Source: Octopus vulgaris (Eukaryota). From it: DNA of 64,000 bases. The first letter of the stretch is position 1. Each line of letters opens with the position of its first letter. Both the position numbers and the translations under genes were made by a program. Below, in pieces: positions 13,335 through 26,977 of this stretch. The stretch spans positions 101,122,001 to 101,186,000 of the forward strand of contig OX597820.1 in the NCBI GenBank assembly GCA_951406725.2, given 5' to 3'. The notes beneath the pieces were generated by a model. The model worked only from the letters and a program-made list of their open reading frames with translations. It did no database searches and had not been told where the DNA came from.

Positions 13335-13800
13335 ACCTTTTAGGGTGTGACACTTTTTCACACAGCTGTTCTCATCGATACACAACATATGACCATACCA
13401 GTGCAGTCGTCTCTCTTGCACACCACATCTGATGCTTCTTAAGTCCAACTTTCCTCTCAGGGGACTTACACTCTGTCGTGTATGCACACTGACATTACAC
13501 ATCCAGTGAAGCATACTAGCTTCATTCCTTGCAAGCTTACACACGTCCTCAGCAGTCACGGCTCATTGTTTCACTGCCATGTAGCATGGCTGTTTGCACA
13601 CATGCGTCATACAGTCTACCTTATACTCTGAACGAGAAGCTCTTTGTCACCAGCAGAGGTAGGAGCTCTCTGAACTTTGCCCAGGCTATTTTTATTCTAG
13701 CAGCTACACTCTCAGAGCATCCACCCACACTACTGACTTGCTCACCTAGGTAACAGAAGCTATCAACAACTTCTAGTTTTTCCCCCTGTCATGTGACAGA
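13335..13800 (-). mobile_element. RTE LINE fragment interrupting an old SINE (13230-13330 plus 14015-14200)
   Basis: LARNEASMLHWMCNV...IRCGVQERRLHWYGH. Confidence 0.85.
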
Positions 13801-14555
13801 AGCTAGTTTGCTCTGTCAAATGTAAGGTTTATTTATTCTCATTGTTTTCAATTAAATTTGCATTATCTTGTAGCTTTGAGACTTTGATGACATGACTGCA
13901 TATTTTTATAATGATATTGTAGATTAGGTGTGAGAGGCTGGATCTGACCAGTTTGAACATGAAGCAGGTAAAATATTTGGGCCAGATATGGCTGATTTAA
14001 ATGCTGAAGGGTTTACATAGTTCTCAGGGAAGTTCAGTATGATTCAGAATGACCCTTTGAAATACAGTTACAAATCATTTTTGCCAGCTGTGTGAACCAG
14101 AGCAACACGAACTAAAGTATCTTGCTTGAGGACACACTGTGACACCAGGAATCAAAGTTGTGACCATACAATCGTGAACTGAATACCCTAACCACTATGC
14201 CACCCTTTATCCTTTGATACACCTACATGATCCTCTGAGCCGAGTTTACCTCTGGAGTTTATAAGTTTTAAGATAAAAGAGAGGCATGGCTACCACTAGG
14301 TACAATTTATACTGGCTTCAAATTTTGGCACAAAGTCAACAAGTTCATGAGAAGAAGCTAAGTCAATTACATTGACCCCAATGTCCAACTGGTACTTCTT
14401 TTATTGATTCCCCCCACCCCCAAAAGGATGAAAGGGAAAGCTAACCTTTGTGGAAGTTGAACTCAGAGTATAAAGGAGGAAATATTGCCAAACATTTTGC
14501 TTGGCATGCTAGCAATTCTTATTTCTTTATTGCCCACATTTATATATGTATGTAT

Positions 14556-16203
14556 GAGCCAATGAGGAGACCTCTACATGGTCGCTAGACCTGGTAGAAA
14601 TAACAGCCAAATCTCCCTCAAACAACACCCTACTCTCTTATGTATGTATATATGTATGTATGAGCCAATGAGGGAGACCTCTACATGGTAGCTAGACCTG
14701 CTAGAAATAACAGCCAAATCTTCCTCAAACAACACATATGTATATATGTATGTATCAGCCAATGAAGGAAACCTCTACATGGTAGCTAGACCTGCTAAAA
14801 ATGACAGCCAGATCTCCCTCAAACAACACCCTACTCTCTTATGTATGTATGTATATATGTATGTATGAGCCAATGAGGGAGACCTCTACATGGTAGCTAG
14901 ACCTGCTAGAAATAACAACCAAATCTCCCTCAAACAACACCCTACTCTCTTATGTATATATGTATGTATGTATGGTGTTGTTTGAGGAAGATTTGGCTGT
15001 TATTTCTAGCAGGTCTAGCTACCATGTAGAGGTCTCCCTCATTGGCTCATACATACATATATACATACATAAGAGAGTAGGGTGTTGTTTGAGGGAGATC
15101 TGGCTGTCATTTTTAGCAGGTCTTGCTACCATGTAGAGGTCTCCCTCATTGGCTCATACATACATACATATATACATAAGAGAGTAGGGTGTTGTTTGAG
15201 GGAGATTTGGTTGTTATTTCTAGCAGGTCTAGCTACCATGTAGAGGTCTCCCTCATTGGCTCATACATACATATATACATACATACATAAGAGAGTAGGG
15301 TGTTGTTTGAGGGAGATCTGGCTGTCGTTTTTAGCAGGTCTAGCTACCATGTAGAGGTTTCCTTCATTGGCTGATACATACATATATACATACATAAGAG
15401 AATAGGGTGTTGTTTGAGGGACATTTGGCCGTTATTTCTATCAGGCCTAGCTACCATGTAGAGGTCTCCCTCATTGGCTCATACATACATATATACATAC
15501 ATAAGAGAGTAGGGTGTTGTTTGAGGGAGATCTGGCTGTTATTTCTAGCAGTTCTAGCTACCATGTAGAGGTCTCCCTCATTGGCTCATACATACATATA
15601 TACATACATAAGAGAGTAGGGTGTTGTTTGAGGGAGATTTGGCTGTTATTTCTACCAGGTCTAGCTACCATGTAGAGGTCTCCCTCATTGGCTCATACAT
15701 ACATATATAAATATACATAAGAGAGTAGGGTGTTGTTTGAGGGAGATTTGGCTGTTATTTCTAGCAGGTCTAGCTACCATGTAGAGGTCTCCCTCATTGG
15801 CTCATACATACATATATACACACATAAGAGTGTAGGGTGCAGTTTGAGGGAGATCTGGCTGTTATTTCTACCAGGTCTAGCTACCATGTAGAGGTCTCCC
15901 TGATTGGCTCATACATACATATATACATACGTAAGAGAGTAGGGTGTTGTTTGAGGGAGATCTGGCTATTATTTCTAGCAGGTCTAGCTACCAAGTAGAG
16001 GTCTCCCTCATTGGCTCATACATACATATATACATACATAAGAGAGTAGGGTGTTGTTTGAGGGAGATTTGGCTGTTATTTCTACCAGATCTAGCTACCA
16101 TGTAGAGGTCTCCCTCATTGGCTCATACATACGTAAGAGAGTAGGGTGTTGTTTGTGGGAGATTTGGCTGTTATTTCTACCAGGTCTAGCTACCATGTAG
16201 AGG
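14556..16203. repeat. ~107-bp tandem array: 4 forward units then 12 inverted units
   Basis: Unit GAGCCAATGAGGGAGACCTCTACATGGTAGCTAGACCTGCTAGAAATAACAGCCAAATCTCCCTCAAACAACACCCTACTCTCTT plus (ATGT)n; orientation flips near 14974. Confidence 0.97.
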
Positions 16204-16392
16204 GAACAAAGACAGACAAATGGATTAAGTCAATGACATCGACCCCAGTGCGTAACTGGTACTTAAGTTATCGACCCTGAAAGGATGAAAGGCAAAGTTG
16301 ACCTCGGCGGAATTTGAACTCAGAACGTGAAGACAGACGAAATACCACTAAGCATTTCGCCTGGTGTGCTAACGTTTCTGCCAGCTCGCCGC
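16201..16392 (-). mobile_element. tRNA-derived SINE, family B
   Basis: Minus strand GCGGCGAGCTGGCAGAAACGTTAGCA...GAGTTCAAATTCCGCCGAGGTC..CTTTCATCCTTTC; other copies near 14310, 20125, 24615, 25940, 39975, 40250, 56905, 58250, 62705, 62898, 63474. Confidence 0.9.
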
Positions 16393-17199
16393 AATTCTGC
16401 CTGCTTGTTGCCTTAGGTACTGTTTATATTAAATAATGGAAAATTCAGCAGCACAAACCTACAAAACACTTATTCAATTTATGATGTTGACACATTCAAT
16501 TATGAAGTAAATCACTTCATAGTACCTGCATAGAGGTGGCTAACTTAGTTGTTTGGTACAAAGTGTTTTGGGTCATAAATTCAACACAAAGTATCATGAC
16601 AAAATAGGATCAGCTGAATGTGTAGCCTTGGCTTGATTGTTTATCATGCTATTGACCCAGTTATTCGCATTCCATTCATATAGGGTACAGTCGTTTGAGA
16701 AGATAAATTAGCCAAGTGGAACAGATGTTAGATAATGTGTTATAATGCCAGGTTATAAGTATAGGTTGTGGACTCAAATCCACTTCAGATGTTTATGAAC
16801 AGTAAAGACACAGTCATGGGTAAATAACAGAGAAGTTCACTTCCCCAATGATATTAGTTCCTTGTTCAGTCCCACTGCACAACACCTTGAGCAAATGTCT
16901 TCCTTTATAGCCCCAACCTGACCAAAGCCTTCTAAGTGGATTTGGTTGACAGAAACTGCATGGAAGCCTATAGTGTGTGTGTCCTTGTTGAGACATCATG
17001 CAATATCTGTAAAGGGACGTCACCATCATTTCAGCTGCGGTGTTTCCTACAACCTTCCATGAAAACATGTTCAGCCATTGGAAAATGTTACCTTGTTTGG
17101 AAACAGGTGAGGTTTTGGCAACAGGAAAAGGTATCTGGCTATAGAAAAATCTACCTCAATGAATTCCATCAGACCCTTGAAAGCATGAGACAGTGGACT

Positions 17200-17410
17200 C
17201 TCACCCTTTTGTTACCAACCTGCCTGAGACTGCCCCTGGTTCTAGGACAAAAACATCCTATTTTTAAAGTGATCTAAATTTAAATTTTCCATAAGATTTA
17301 AAAAAAATTTAAGTTCCAAGCACCAGGTTAATGACAAAATTATTTTACTAAATTCTTAATTATTTAAAAAAATTAATTGAAACAATGGCAGTATATAATG
17401 AAAGGGTTAA
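17200..17410. mobile_element. Putative piggyBac-type MITE (CCC...GGG/TTAA ends)
   Basis: Starts ACCCTTTTGTTACCAAC and ends AAAGGGTTAA; related pieces near 19975, 28635, 31290, 37155. Confidence 0.45.
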
Positions 17411-18039
17411 AACAATGACAACACTGCTGGCGACAGTGTCAGCAACAGTGAACAACAATATACATTATTCGACATTTCTTCAGTTCATCTACCTGCAGGA
17501 AATACTTAAATAAATGTCGTGTCATTAGAAAAACAAAATTATCAGTTATAACTTTTATTTTACCTCTTTGTTATTTCTCAAGTCTTTAAATGCTCAGATA
17601 TCAAAAATATATTTCTATTTCAATCTCTTCATTTTCCAAGTTTGGATTTGTGTCAGTTCACAAATCTACAGATTCCATATGTTTACTAATGCAACTACAA
17701 GAGAAGTTCTTAACCAACAACAACCACTATACTTTGCTAAAAAAAAATATACATTACAGACAGAGGCAGCAGTCATCCTGAGAGGTAATGTTTATTGGGA
17801 CAAACTATACTGCAATAGATTCCATGATAGAAACTCTTATATTGAGTTTTAGTTCAAAATTCCCACCACCTCCAGTGCCAAGGTGACCTGATAGTCTCAG
17901 TGCTGGAGATGGCAGGGATTTATCTCCCCTCTAGTAATATAAAACAACTGCATGTTGCACTTAAAGTCAAAATGAGAGTTACTCTCATGGTATCTACTGC
18001 AGTATACTTTGTCCTAATAGAACATTCATGTTTTAAGTG

Positions 18040-18570
18040 TGGATAAATATTACTAAGCTTTGCATCTGTTGATTTGAGAAAGTCTCTAACAAATTCCCTT
18101 CCCTTACTTGAGGCTGGTGGGGTAGAAAAAAAACTAAGTACAAAAGAATGGTTTACTAAACTCATTCCAAACATATTTGAGAGTACTGTGAGCAAGGTTA
18201 GGATTAACAATGAGTTTAGTGAAAAACTTTAGTGTACAGGTAAGTGTTCACCAGATTTCTGGCTTCAGCCCCTACCTGATAATTTTAGTTCAGGTGTGGT
18301 TTTCTAAAGTAATCTTTTGTATGCTGATGATCTGATTCTTGTTGCAAAATCTTAAAAGCAAAAAAAATTCTCAAAATGTTCCAAACTTAGAAGCATGGTA
18401 AAAGCGAATGTGCTTGTTAGTTAAAGGTTTCGAAACATCTTTATATTATCTGAAAGGTGATCTTATTCAATATGTAGGAAGTTAGTTGGTGGGAACTTGA
18501 TAATTTTGCAGATCCATTGGTTCACAAAAGATGCAGAGAGATACCTGGCAGACTGACAGACATTCCACAT
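18040..18570 (+). mobile_element. Highly decayed RTE reverse-transcriptase fragment
   Basis: Translates to FASVDLRK...EWFTKLI...VSKVRINNEFSE and LLYADDLIL. Confidence 0.75.
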
Positions 18571-19525
18571 GAATGTCAGTCACATTAGTCTCAACAGTGT
18601 GGAAGAGTGGGCAGAGGTCATGGGCTTTACTTTTTCTTATATTAAAACAAACAACAAACTATAATGTGATATCAGGATACTTAGTTCATAGTGTGCTAAG
18701 TGTATGTTATACTCCCCCACCATTGCCATACTTTAGCAGTGATTAATATCACAAGCTGTTAATGAGTAAGTTGATAAATTTTCCTGATATTACGACACTT
18801 TATCAATGTTCATCATATCATATATTTTGGTGGATCTCTATCATTTGATGACATGGATTCAGTTTTTGATCAAGTAAATTATTTGTTCCAGAATTAACAT
18901 ATAAGTGACGGAGTACTCTACAGTCACGTACCTTTGATCTAATTTTTAAGCAGAATCAGTGTGACACACTGTGTGACAAGGTTATGTGACAAGGCTATGT
19001 AAATGTGTGACAAGGCTGTGTAACTGTGTGATAAGGTTGTGCCTTTTGATTTACAGATACAATCCGTCCAACATTTCTACACAGTTTCCATCTACTCAAT
19101 TTCACTCATAAAATACAAGCCAACCAGAGGTTATGAAAAATGACATTTACCCAAGATGCTAGACAGTGGAATCGAACCAGGAACATCATGGCTGTGAAGT
19201 GAACTTATTTACCATTCAGCCATACTATATCTACTACATACGTTTATAGTCATATTAAGCAGCTGTCACTGCCTACTTTAATCAGTGGTGCCACCACACC
19301 TGTAAAGCAGTTATATAAACCAGAATGGTTAAGCTGTAATAAGCAACATACTGCTATGAAGATTATCATGACAGTGTGAGTGACACAAAATTAAGTCAAA
19401 CAAAGATACTGAAACACCCAAACAGTTTCCAAAGAGTGGCTTATTTATTGTTTAGTGTTGTATTGAGCCCTATTACTACCAAGTTTCTATTGAAATACCC
19501 TGACTTTGTTCCAATTAATTTTGAA

Positions 19526-19683
19526 AGACGCAGGAGTGACTGTGTGGTAAGTAGCTTGCTTACCAACCACATGGTTCCGGGTTCAGTCCCACTGCGTGGC
19601 ATCTTGTCTTCTGCTATAGCCCCGGGCCGACCAAAGCCTTGTGAGTGGATTTGGTAGACAGAAACTGAAAGAAGCCTGTCGTA

Positions 19684-19741
<58 letters not shown>

Positions 19742-19977
19742 TGTATGTGTGTGTGTGTTTGTTTGCCTGTGTTTGTCCCCCTAGCATTGCTTGACAACTG
19801 ATGCTGGTGTGTTTACGTCCCCGTCACTTAGCGGTTCGGCAAAAGAGACCGATAGAATAAGTACTGGGCTTACAAAGAAGAAGTTCCGGGGTCGATTTGC
19901 TCGACTAAAGGCGGTGCTCCAGCATGGCCGCAGTCAAATTACTGAAACAAGTAAAAGAGTAAATGAGTAAAGAGTAA
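19526..19977 (+). mobile_element. SINE family A
   Basis: Full copy with (AAGAGTA)n-like tail. Confidence 0.9.
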
Positions 19978-20124
19978 AATAACATTGCTATAATTAAGCT
20001 GATGTTTGGAACATATATTAACGTGAAATTTTGAGGGAAGATTTCAATTTAGATCCCTTTAAAACAGGATGTTTGTATCATAGGACCAAGGGCAGTCTGA
20101 GATGGATTGGTATCAAAAGGATTT

Positions 20125-20360
20125 GGGCGGTGAGCTGGCAGAATCGTTAGCACGCCGGGTGAAATGCTTTGCGGTATTTTGTCTGCTGTTACGTTCTGAG
20201 TTTAAATTCCCCCGAGGTTGACTTTGCCTTTCATCCTTTCGGGGTCAATTAAATAAGTACCCGTTATGCACTGGAGGGTCAATAAAATCGACTTAATCTG
20301 TTTGTCTGTCCTTGTTTGTCCTCTCTGTGTTTAGCCCCTTGTGGATAGTAAAGAAATAGG
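20125..20360 (+). mobile_element. SINE family B with target-site duplication
   Basis: GGTATCAAAAGGATT repeated on both sides (near 20109 and 20359). Confidence 0.9.
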
Positions 20361-21013
20361 TATCAAAAGGATTAAAGATGTTTTCATATCATTTAATCTT
20401 CCTGTGACTACAAAAGGCTTCAAAATTATGCATTATACCAATGACAAGACAGCTTGACAAAGTCCCTCTGTCTCTCTAGTTTGTAGACCATGGTGAAAAA
20501 TTGGAGATACAAGGAATGGTGTGAAATAAAAGGGATTTAATTAGAAATCAAACTTGTACTGCTGGTAGATTACAACCACCCCTTGTACTGTTTTTGCTAT
20601 GATTTAAACATATGACATTCATTTTGTAGTAAAGTATGATAATATCTTACACCCTTGCACCATTTTTAAATATTGAAATAAGCAATGTATCTTGTTTGAA
20701 ACACAAAAATTTCACATGAAATTTGCTAAATTGTCACACACCTGATAAAGTTTGAAAAATTACCACACAGGAAAAAATAAGAGAAAGAAATGCTAATTCA
20801 CTTAAGAATTTCATTATACTTAAAATACAAGAAAGGAAGCTTATTTTAAACAATGATATATTATAGATAATATTTGTATATTTAATCTTAGATATACACA
20901 TAACAGACTTCTGCCTAAATTTGAATTTGGAACTTGATTTTTCTTCTTTCCAATTTCCATAAACAAAAACTTGATCTTTCAAACTGAGTGCTGATGTCAG
21001 AGAAAAAAAAATT

Positions 21014-21443
21014 AGACATAGGAGTGGCTGTGCGGTAAGTAGCTTGCTTACGAACCACATAGTTCCAGGTTAGTCCCACTGCATGGTACCTTGGGCAAGT
21101 GTCTTCTACAATAGCCTCGGGCTGACCAAAGCCTTGTGAGTGAATTTGGTAGATGGAAACTGAAAGAAGCCCGTCATATATATGTATATATATATATTTA
21201 TATGTATGTGTGTGTGTATATGTTTGTGTGTCTGTGTTTGTCCCCCCAACATCGTTTGACAACTGATGCTGGTGTATTTACGTCCCTGTCACTTAGCGGT
21301 TCGGCAAGAGAGACTGATAGAACAAGAACTAGGCTTACAAAGAATAAGTCCTGGGGTCGATTTGCTTGACTAAAGGGCGGTGTTCCAGCATGGCCACAGT
21401 CAAATGACTGAAACAAGTAAGAGAGTAAACGAGTAAAAGAGTA
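21014..21443 (+). mobile_element. SINE family A
   Basis: Full copy. Confidence 0.9.
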
Positions 21444-21802
21444 ACCAATGTCACTCAACAACTACACATCAGATTTCATTAAATGACATCAACAAAAAAT
21501 AGACGAATCAAGACTTGCTGATTGCAAATCAGTCAAGCTGAGGAGAAAATTACACCAGGTCTAAGAGTGGTCAGAGAAATAGACATGAGAATAGGGGAGA
21601 GCAGAGCAGACAGGAAAACAGAGAATAGATGTAGTCATGAGTTCATGTCCATCTCTGTCCACTATGAACCCAAATTCAATAGCTGGACCTGCCAAATATG
21701 AAGAGACAACAACACAGATGATGGTTATTCCTACAACCTGAATGATTACATTACAGCAGCTGACACTTGTATTCATTCACTTATTTTCTCTCTTTCTCTG
21801 TT

Positions 21803-21833
<31 letters not shown>

Positions 21834-21937
21834 CTTACCAATCAGTTTCACACAAAAAATACAATGGAGTGTTAGGCAACAAACCAATTATATAAATATG
21901 CTCATCAGAGCCAACTGACATGGAAGGGAATTTAATA

Positions 21938-22028
<91 letters not shown>

Positions 22029-22222
22029 TTATCTATCTATCTATCCAAAGACTGTGTGATTTCGTTGTTTTTCTTCTTTTTTGCCATATGTGAGTTATAA
22101 ATATTGTTGTCTGTGGAGACTTATTTTTGTAGTAAAAGGAAATAGTAGTCCTTTGGCTGCTATTTCTAATACTTTTGGTATGTGGTTTAAGCAACTTGTT
22201 GCAAAAAACCCTTATTATTATA

Positions 22223-22295
<73 letters not shown>

Positions 22296-22354
22296 TTTTT
22301 GTACTTGTTTCAGTCATTTGACTGTGGCCATGCTGGAGCACCGCCTTTAGAGTG

Positions 22355-22520
22355 CTGAAAGAGTACAGCAGGGATCACCACCTCCTGCCGGAGCTTCGTG
22401 GAGCTTTTTTAGGTGTTTTTTTCGCTCAATAAACACACACAACGCCCGGTCTGGGAATCGAAACCGCGATCCTCCGACCGCAAGTCCGCTGCCCTAACCA
22501 CTAGGCCATTGCGCCTCCAA
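22355..22520 (-). mobile_element. tRNA-derived SINE, family C (5' part)
   Basis: Minus strand GGAGGCGCAATGGCCTAGTGGTTAGGGCAG...GGTTTCGATTCCC; longer copies at 38338 and 41778. Confidence 0.85.
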
Positions 22521-22676
22521 TATATATATATTGAATGGTACTGCCCAGCTGTCAAAACCATAATGGTATCCATGGAGCAGCTGGTGATGGAGGTATGTTG
22601 CATTGTTGGTATGGCTGTTTTTGTTTATATGGAATAATATTATCACACAGCCTTTTGATATATATATATATATATA

Positions 22677-23031
22677 TTTCGTTTTTGGATTTGGTTTGCA
22701 AGATTCTTTATATGAGTTCGTGTGTTGAAGCATATTCTGTTGTGTCTGGGGAGAGTCATTCTCTTTTAGTGCCTTATTATTTAACACACTCACCGGTAAA
22801 ATTTCCACTTATTTCTTATTTTTTTATTTTCTAAAATTTTCGTTGCGCCTCGCAACCTTTTCAATAGTCTTGACTCTCTTGAGAGTCAAGAATAGTCTTG
22901 AGAGTCAAGACTATTGAAAAGGTTGCAAGACACAACGAAAATTTTAGAAAATAAAAAAATAAGAAATAAGTGGAAATTTTACCGGTGAGTGTGTTAAATA
23001 ATAAGGCACTAAAAGAGAATGACTCTCCCCA

Positions 23032-23035
<4 letters not shown>
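22677..23035. repeat. Fold-back element 4 (arms 22743-23035, left extension) between (TA)n tracts; same family as 58573-58894
   Basis: ~135-bp inverted arms; each arm carries an HHR-like motif. Confidence 0.95.
22831..22867 (-). ncRNA. Putative minimal hammerhead ribozyme, U3:A8 variant
   Basis: CTA-TTGAAAA-G-GTTGCG-AGG-CGCAAC-GAA-A-AT-T-T-TAG; stem I CTA/TAG; mirror copy on plus strand at 22911-22947. Confidence 0.55.
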
Positions 23036-23111
<76 letters not shown>

Positions 23112-23124
23112 TAGATAGACAGAT

Positions 23125-23183
<59 letters not shown>

Positions 23184-23193
23184 GGGGAGAGAA

Positions 23194-23505
23194 GGCATGT
23201 GATTTAATGGCTGGGACAATTGGCTTACAACTGTAAGGTTGTGAGTTCAATTTCCAGCAGCACATTGTGTCCTTGAGCAAGACACTTTATTTCTTGTTTC
23301 TCCAGGCCACTCAGCTGGCAAAAATAAGTTGTACCTGTAATTCAAAAGATCAGCTTTGTCACATTCTGTGTCACACCAAATCTCTCTGAGAACTAAATTG
23401 ATAGCACGTATGTCTGTGGAGTACCCAGCCACCTACACATTAATTTCACAGGCAGGCAATTCCATTGAATGGATCAACTGGAACACTCGTCATCATAACC
23501 AGCAG
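23194..23505 (+). mobile_element. Old tRNA-derived SINE, family E
   Basis: GAGTTCAATTTCC B-box, TGTGTCCTTGAGCAAGACACTT domain; reverse copies near 14015-14200 and 31470-31780. Confidence 0.7.
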
Positions 23506-24049
23506 AGAGCCAGGATGTGTGTGTGTGTGTATGTGTGTGTGTGTGGGGGGGTATTTACTTTTATGACAATAAGAACAAAGTCTTGTAAGTTTATCTTATA
23601 TTTCTTCTTTGTTTCTATATAGTGTTTCTATTAATTTGCTTACAATGCCTAAGTTTGCTTTGATATGCAAATTAGACAAACCAATTTAGTTATGTCTGAG
23701 GGTATGTGCATACTATGAATAGCCATAACCTCTGGACAGAAAATGAATGACCAATCTGTAATGAAGTTTTGAAACAGAAACTAACTATACCAGTCAATAT
23801 TTTCTGTCCACAGAGTGAAAAAATGTGTGTTAATGATGATGTCTACTTTATAGTGCAAGAAAATAAGTGTTTACTAAAACCAGGTATTCATTTACCCCAT
23901 GTTCTCTCTTTCAATTATATAATTGAGAGATTATCATGGATTTGTAAACTAGATTATTGTTTTATGTTACAAAGTTTCCTGTAGTTGGCTATAATCAACC
24001 ATACTCATTGGTGAATTTGAAGTAATAATAATAATAATAATAATAATGA

Positions 24050-24540
24050 AGTTATTGTATACAGTGCTCAGGTGCACCACAACTTGTCAAAAGTGCGTAT
24101 AAAGCATATGCAGTAATGTACAAATGTCTGGAAAGCGAAGAGTGTATGAGTCAGATACATGTTTGTGTGTGTATGGAGGGGAGAAAATCGGGTGTAGTGT
24201 TGGTGAATCTCAGGAAGCATGGAAGTTTTGAAGGATGCAGTGCTTCGACAACTAACAACTGATGCCGGCAGTTTGTTCCATGCTTCAGCAACTCTTAGCA
24301 TGAAAAAATGTTTCCGAAAGTCATGGGAGCTGTGCTGTTTTCTGACTTTGTAAACATGTCCACGGGTGTTAGACAGGTGGCGTTTGAAAAGGTGCTCAGA
24401 GTAATTGTTTGTAAGATGGTTAATAATTTTATGGGTGTCTGCTAAGTCAGCTGCCAGACGTCAGAGTTTCAATGTATCCATGTCCAGGGAAGTAAGGCGT
24501 TCAGAATATGGCAAATGCCTGATGGAGGGTGGAGGGTATG
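24050..24540 (-). mobile_element. CR1-like LINE 3' end
   Basis: LRVAEAWNKLPASVV...STASFK; same family as 28365 and 29647. Confidence 0.85.
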
Positions 24541-26190
24541 AAATGATGTAACCAAGACATTTAAAAGTACTGAGTGCCTTTTCTGGTTTTGAAGTCAGTG
24601 ATGTGGTTGGTAATATTGGTTTCAAATTTTGGCACAAAGCCAGCTAGTTTGAGAGAGGGATTAAGTAGATTACTTCAACCCCAGTGTTCAACTGGTACTT
24701 ATTTTATCAACTCCGAAAGAATAGGCAAATTCGACTTCAGTGGAATTTGAGCTCAGAACATGAAGGTGGACAATGCTGGTAACATTGTCAATGATGTCTG
24801 CTATTCTGGCAGATGTCAACAGATGTTTCTGCTTTAGAGTTAATCCAGTCGTTGATCATGTGACTAGTGGTGTGGTTAAGCATGTGATTAGTCATATAGC
24901 TGGTTGCATTGTTGGTGAAGTCCATCTTTTCACCAGGCATCAAGGCTTGGGTTTGCTTTGGAATTGGTCAGCATGATCTTATATATTAGAGTTTGGATGA
25001 ATTGATGTTTGGATCTTTTGTTAGAATTGAGCCAGGTTACAGAAAATGTAGAGTTTCTCTGTGAGGCAAAGAACGATGGCTTTGGATCAGTTTTTGTCAC
25101 TAATCAACTATATGACCAATCACCATTACAACTAATATGATCAACTGAAAAGCGCTCAACCAACATTTTTAAATAGATCTGACCACCCTATTCAATTTTA
25201 TTATATCAGACTTGCCAATGAGTAGGGGTTCACTTATGTCAACCACTGAAAAACCTAAGAACAAGTAAATAATAAGATTTGCCACCACATGATTATAACA
25301 GATTTTTACATAATTTTAAAACAACCATGTGTTTAGCACTCCACATTTTTGCATGAAAATACAAAGAATTAGAAATAAAAATGTGTTTATGTTTCTTAGG
25401 GAAATTTCAAAGAAAATTATTTATGTAAATTTAAATCTAGTATCGATAGAGTTATTCCCCTTAAACCTAGCACAATATTAAATAGGCGTGCATGTCCACT
25501 TACAAAAAAAAAAATTGTTTTGTGTTATTTTAATATTTTCTTTCATTAAAAGACTGGCAAAATTAGTGTGGAAGCTGAAGAATTAAAATAGCATATACTC
25601 ATAGGAGAATATGAAATTCAGAAATGTTGAATAGAGTTACAAAAACAAAGAAAAATAGCAAAAGGAAATTAGTTTCAAGTGTGTAATATCTTAACAAATT
25701 TAATCATAAAATATTCTGCTGGGTATTTAGTTTTCAGCAAAATATTACTTGATTCAATATTTGAAGGTTAAAAAAAATTGAAAGAAAACAAGATTAATAT
25801 ACAATATCATACAAACTTCTGTTTTCCAACGGAATTTAAATTTTACTTTCGATGTATTTAGATATAATTATAAGGTTTTAGAAACAAATGCAAACCAAAA
25901 ATTAACATTTTTCCATTCATTGTCATTCAACATCCAGTGGGCTGGCCAAATCCTTAGGATGCTGGACAAAATGCTTAGCAACATTTCTTCTGGCACTTTC
26001 TGGAATTTCTTCTGAACTGAAATCCTGCCAAGGTCAACTTTGCCTTTCAACCTTTTGGGGTCAATAAATTAAAGTACCAGTGAAGTACTAGGCTCAATAT
26101 AATTGACTGGCTCCCTTCAAAATTACTAGCTTTGTGCCAGAATTAGTAAGATGTTTTATTCTTCAGTCAGTGGGGAAAGGGCATTATCTA

Positions 26191-26440
26191 AACCAGTGGT
26201 TTTCAACTGGGGTCTACATGGCCCTTGGGGTTCATATAACATTTTGTTGTTAAAATTTATGTGCAATAAACTGGTCATACTTCTACAATACAGAAAATAT
26301 TTTAAATATTAAATACAATTCCTGATAATATTTAATTAAATAGGATTTTTCGGGCTAAAACATTTTTAAGGATTTTAAGGATTTATGAATGGCTATGAAG
26401 GTCCAGTTGAGTAAAGTTAAATGAGAGAATAAATGGTTGT
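26191..26440. mobile_element. hAT-type MITE remnant
   Basis: CAGTGGTTTTCAAC end; complementary end of the same family at ~38865-38940. Confidence 0.5.
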
Positions 26441-26784
26441 GGTTAGGGTAAGTTCCATTAATTTCAAATTACAGTAGGAGTGGTATTGGCCAGAAAACAT
26501 GCCAGAAAAATGATAATACTGAGTTGTGTTTTTTTAACTTCAGAGGATTGAAGAGTGAGTGGTAATGAAAAGACTGAAGTGAAGGCATTGATAGAAAAGA
26601 AGAACATGTAGGCTTAATAAGGAAAAGTAGAGAGTTAACAAGACCACACAAGCCGAGACTGAGACTGTTGTCTTAATAAAGAATCAGTAGGCTACAGGAT
26701 TGTTATTACTTTAATGCCAAGTCATGTGCTGTAATTTACCCATATATCTAAAAAAAAGAAAGGGTCTTTAACCAGTGTAGGTTG

Positions 26785-26925
26785 TCTTCTATTACATATA
26801 CATCAGAAGCATGGACTACCAACAAGAGCATTGAAAATATATTAAAATCAACACAAAGAGCCATGGAAAAGAGAATGCTGAAGATTAACAAAAGGGATAA
26901 GTGAAGAGTCAACGAAATGAAATAG
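26785..26925 (+). mobile_element. RTE LINE fragment
   Basis: ITYTSEAWTT...LKSTQRAMEKRMLKINKRD. Confidence 0.6.
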
Positions 26926-26977
26926 TGCCAAACATGATAGTTACTAACTATAAATTTTAAGAATTAAATATTAAAAT

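Noticed and set aside
14556-16203. CRISPR-like repeat/spacer appearance
   Set aside because: Repeats are ~85 bp, linkers are microsatellite rather than unique spacers, there are no cas genes and the context is eukaryotic.
24850-25146. Degenerate inverted repeat, possible twelfth fold-back
   Set aside because: Arms are short and gapped and no HHR motif was found; not counted.
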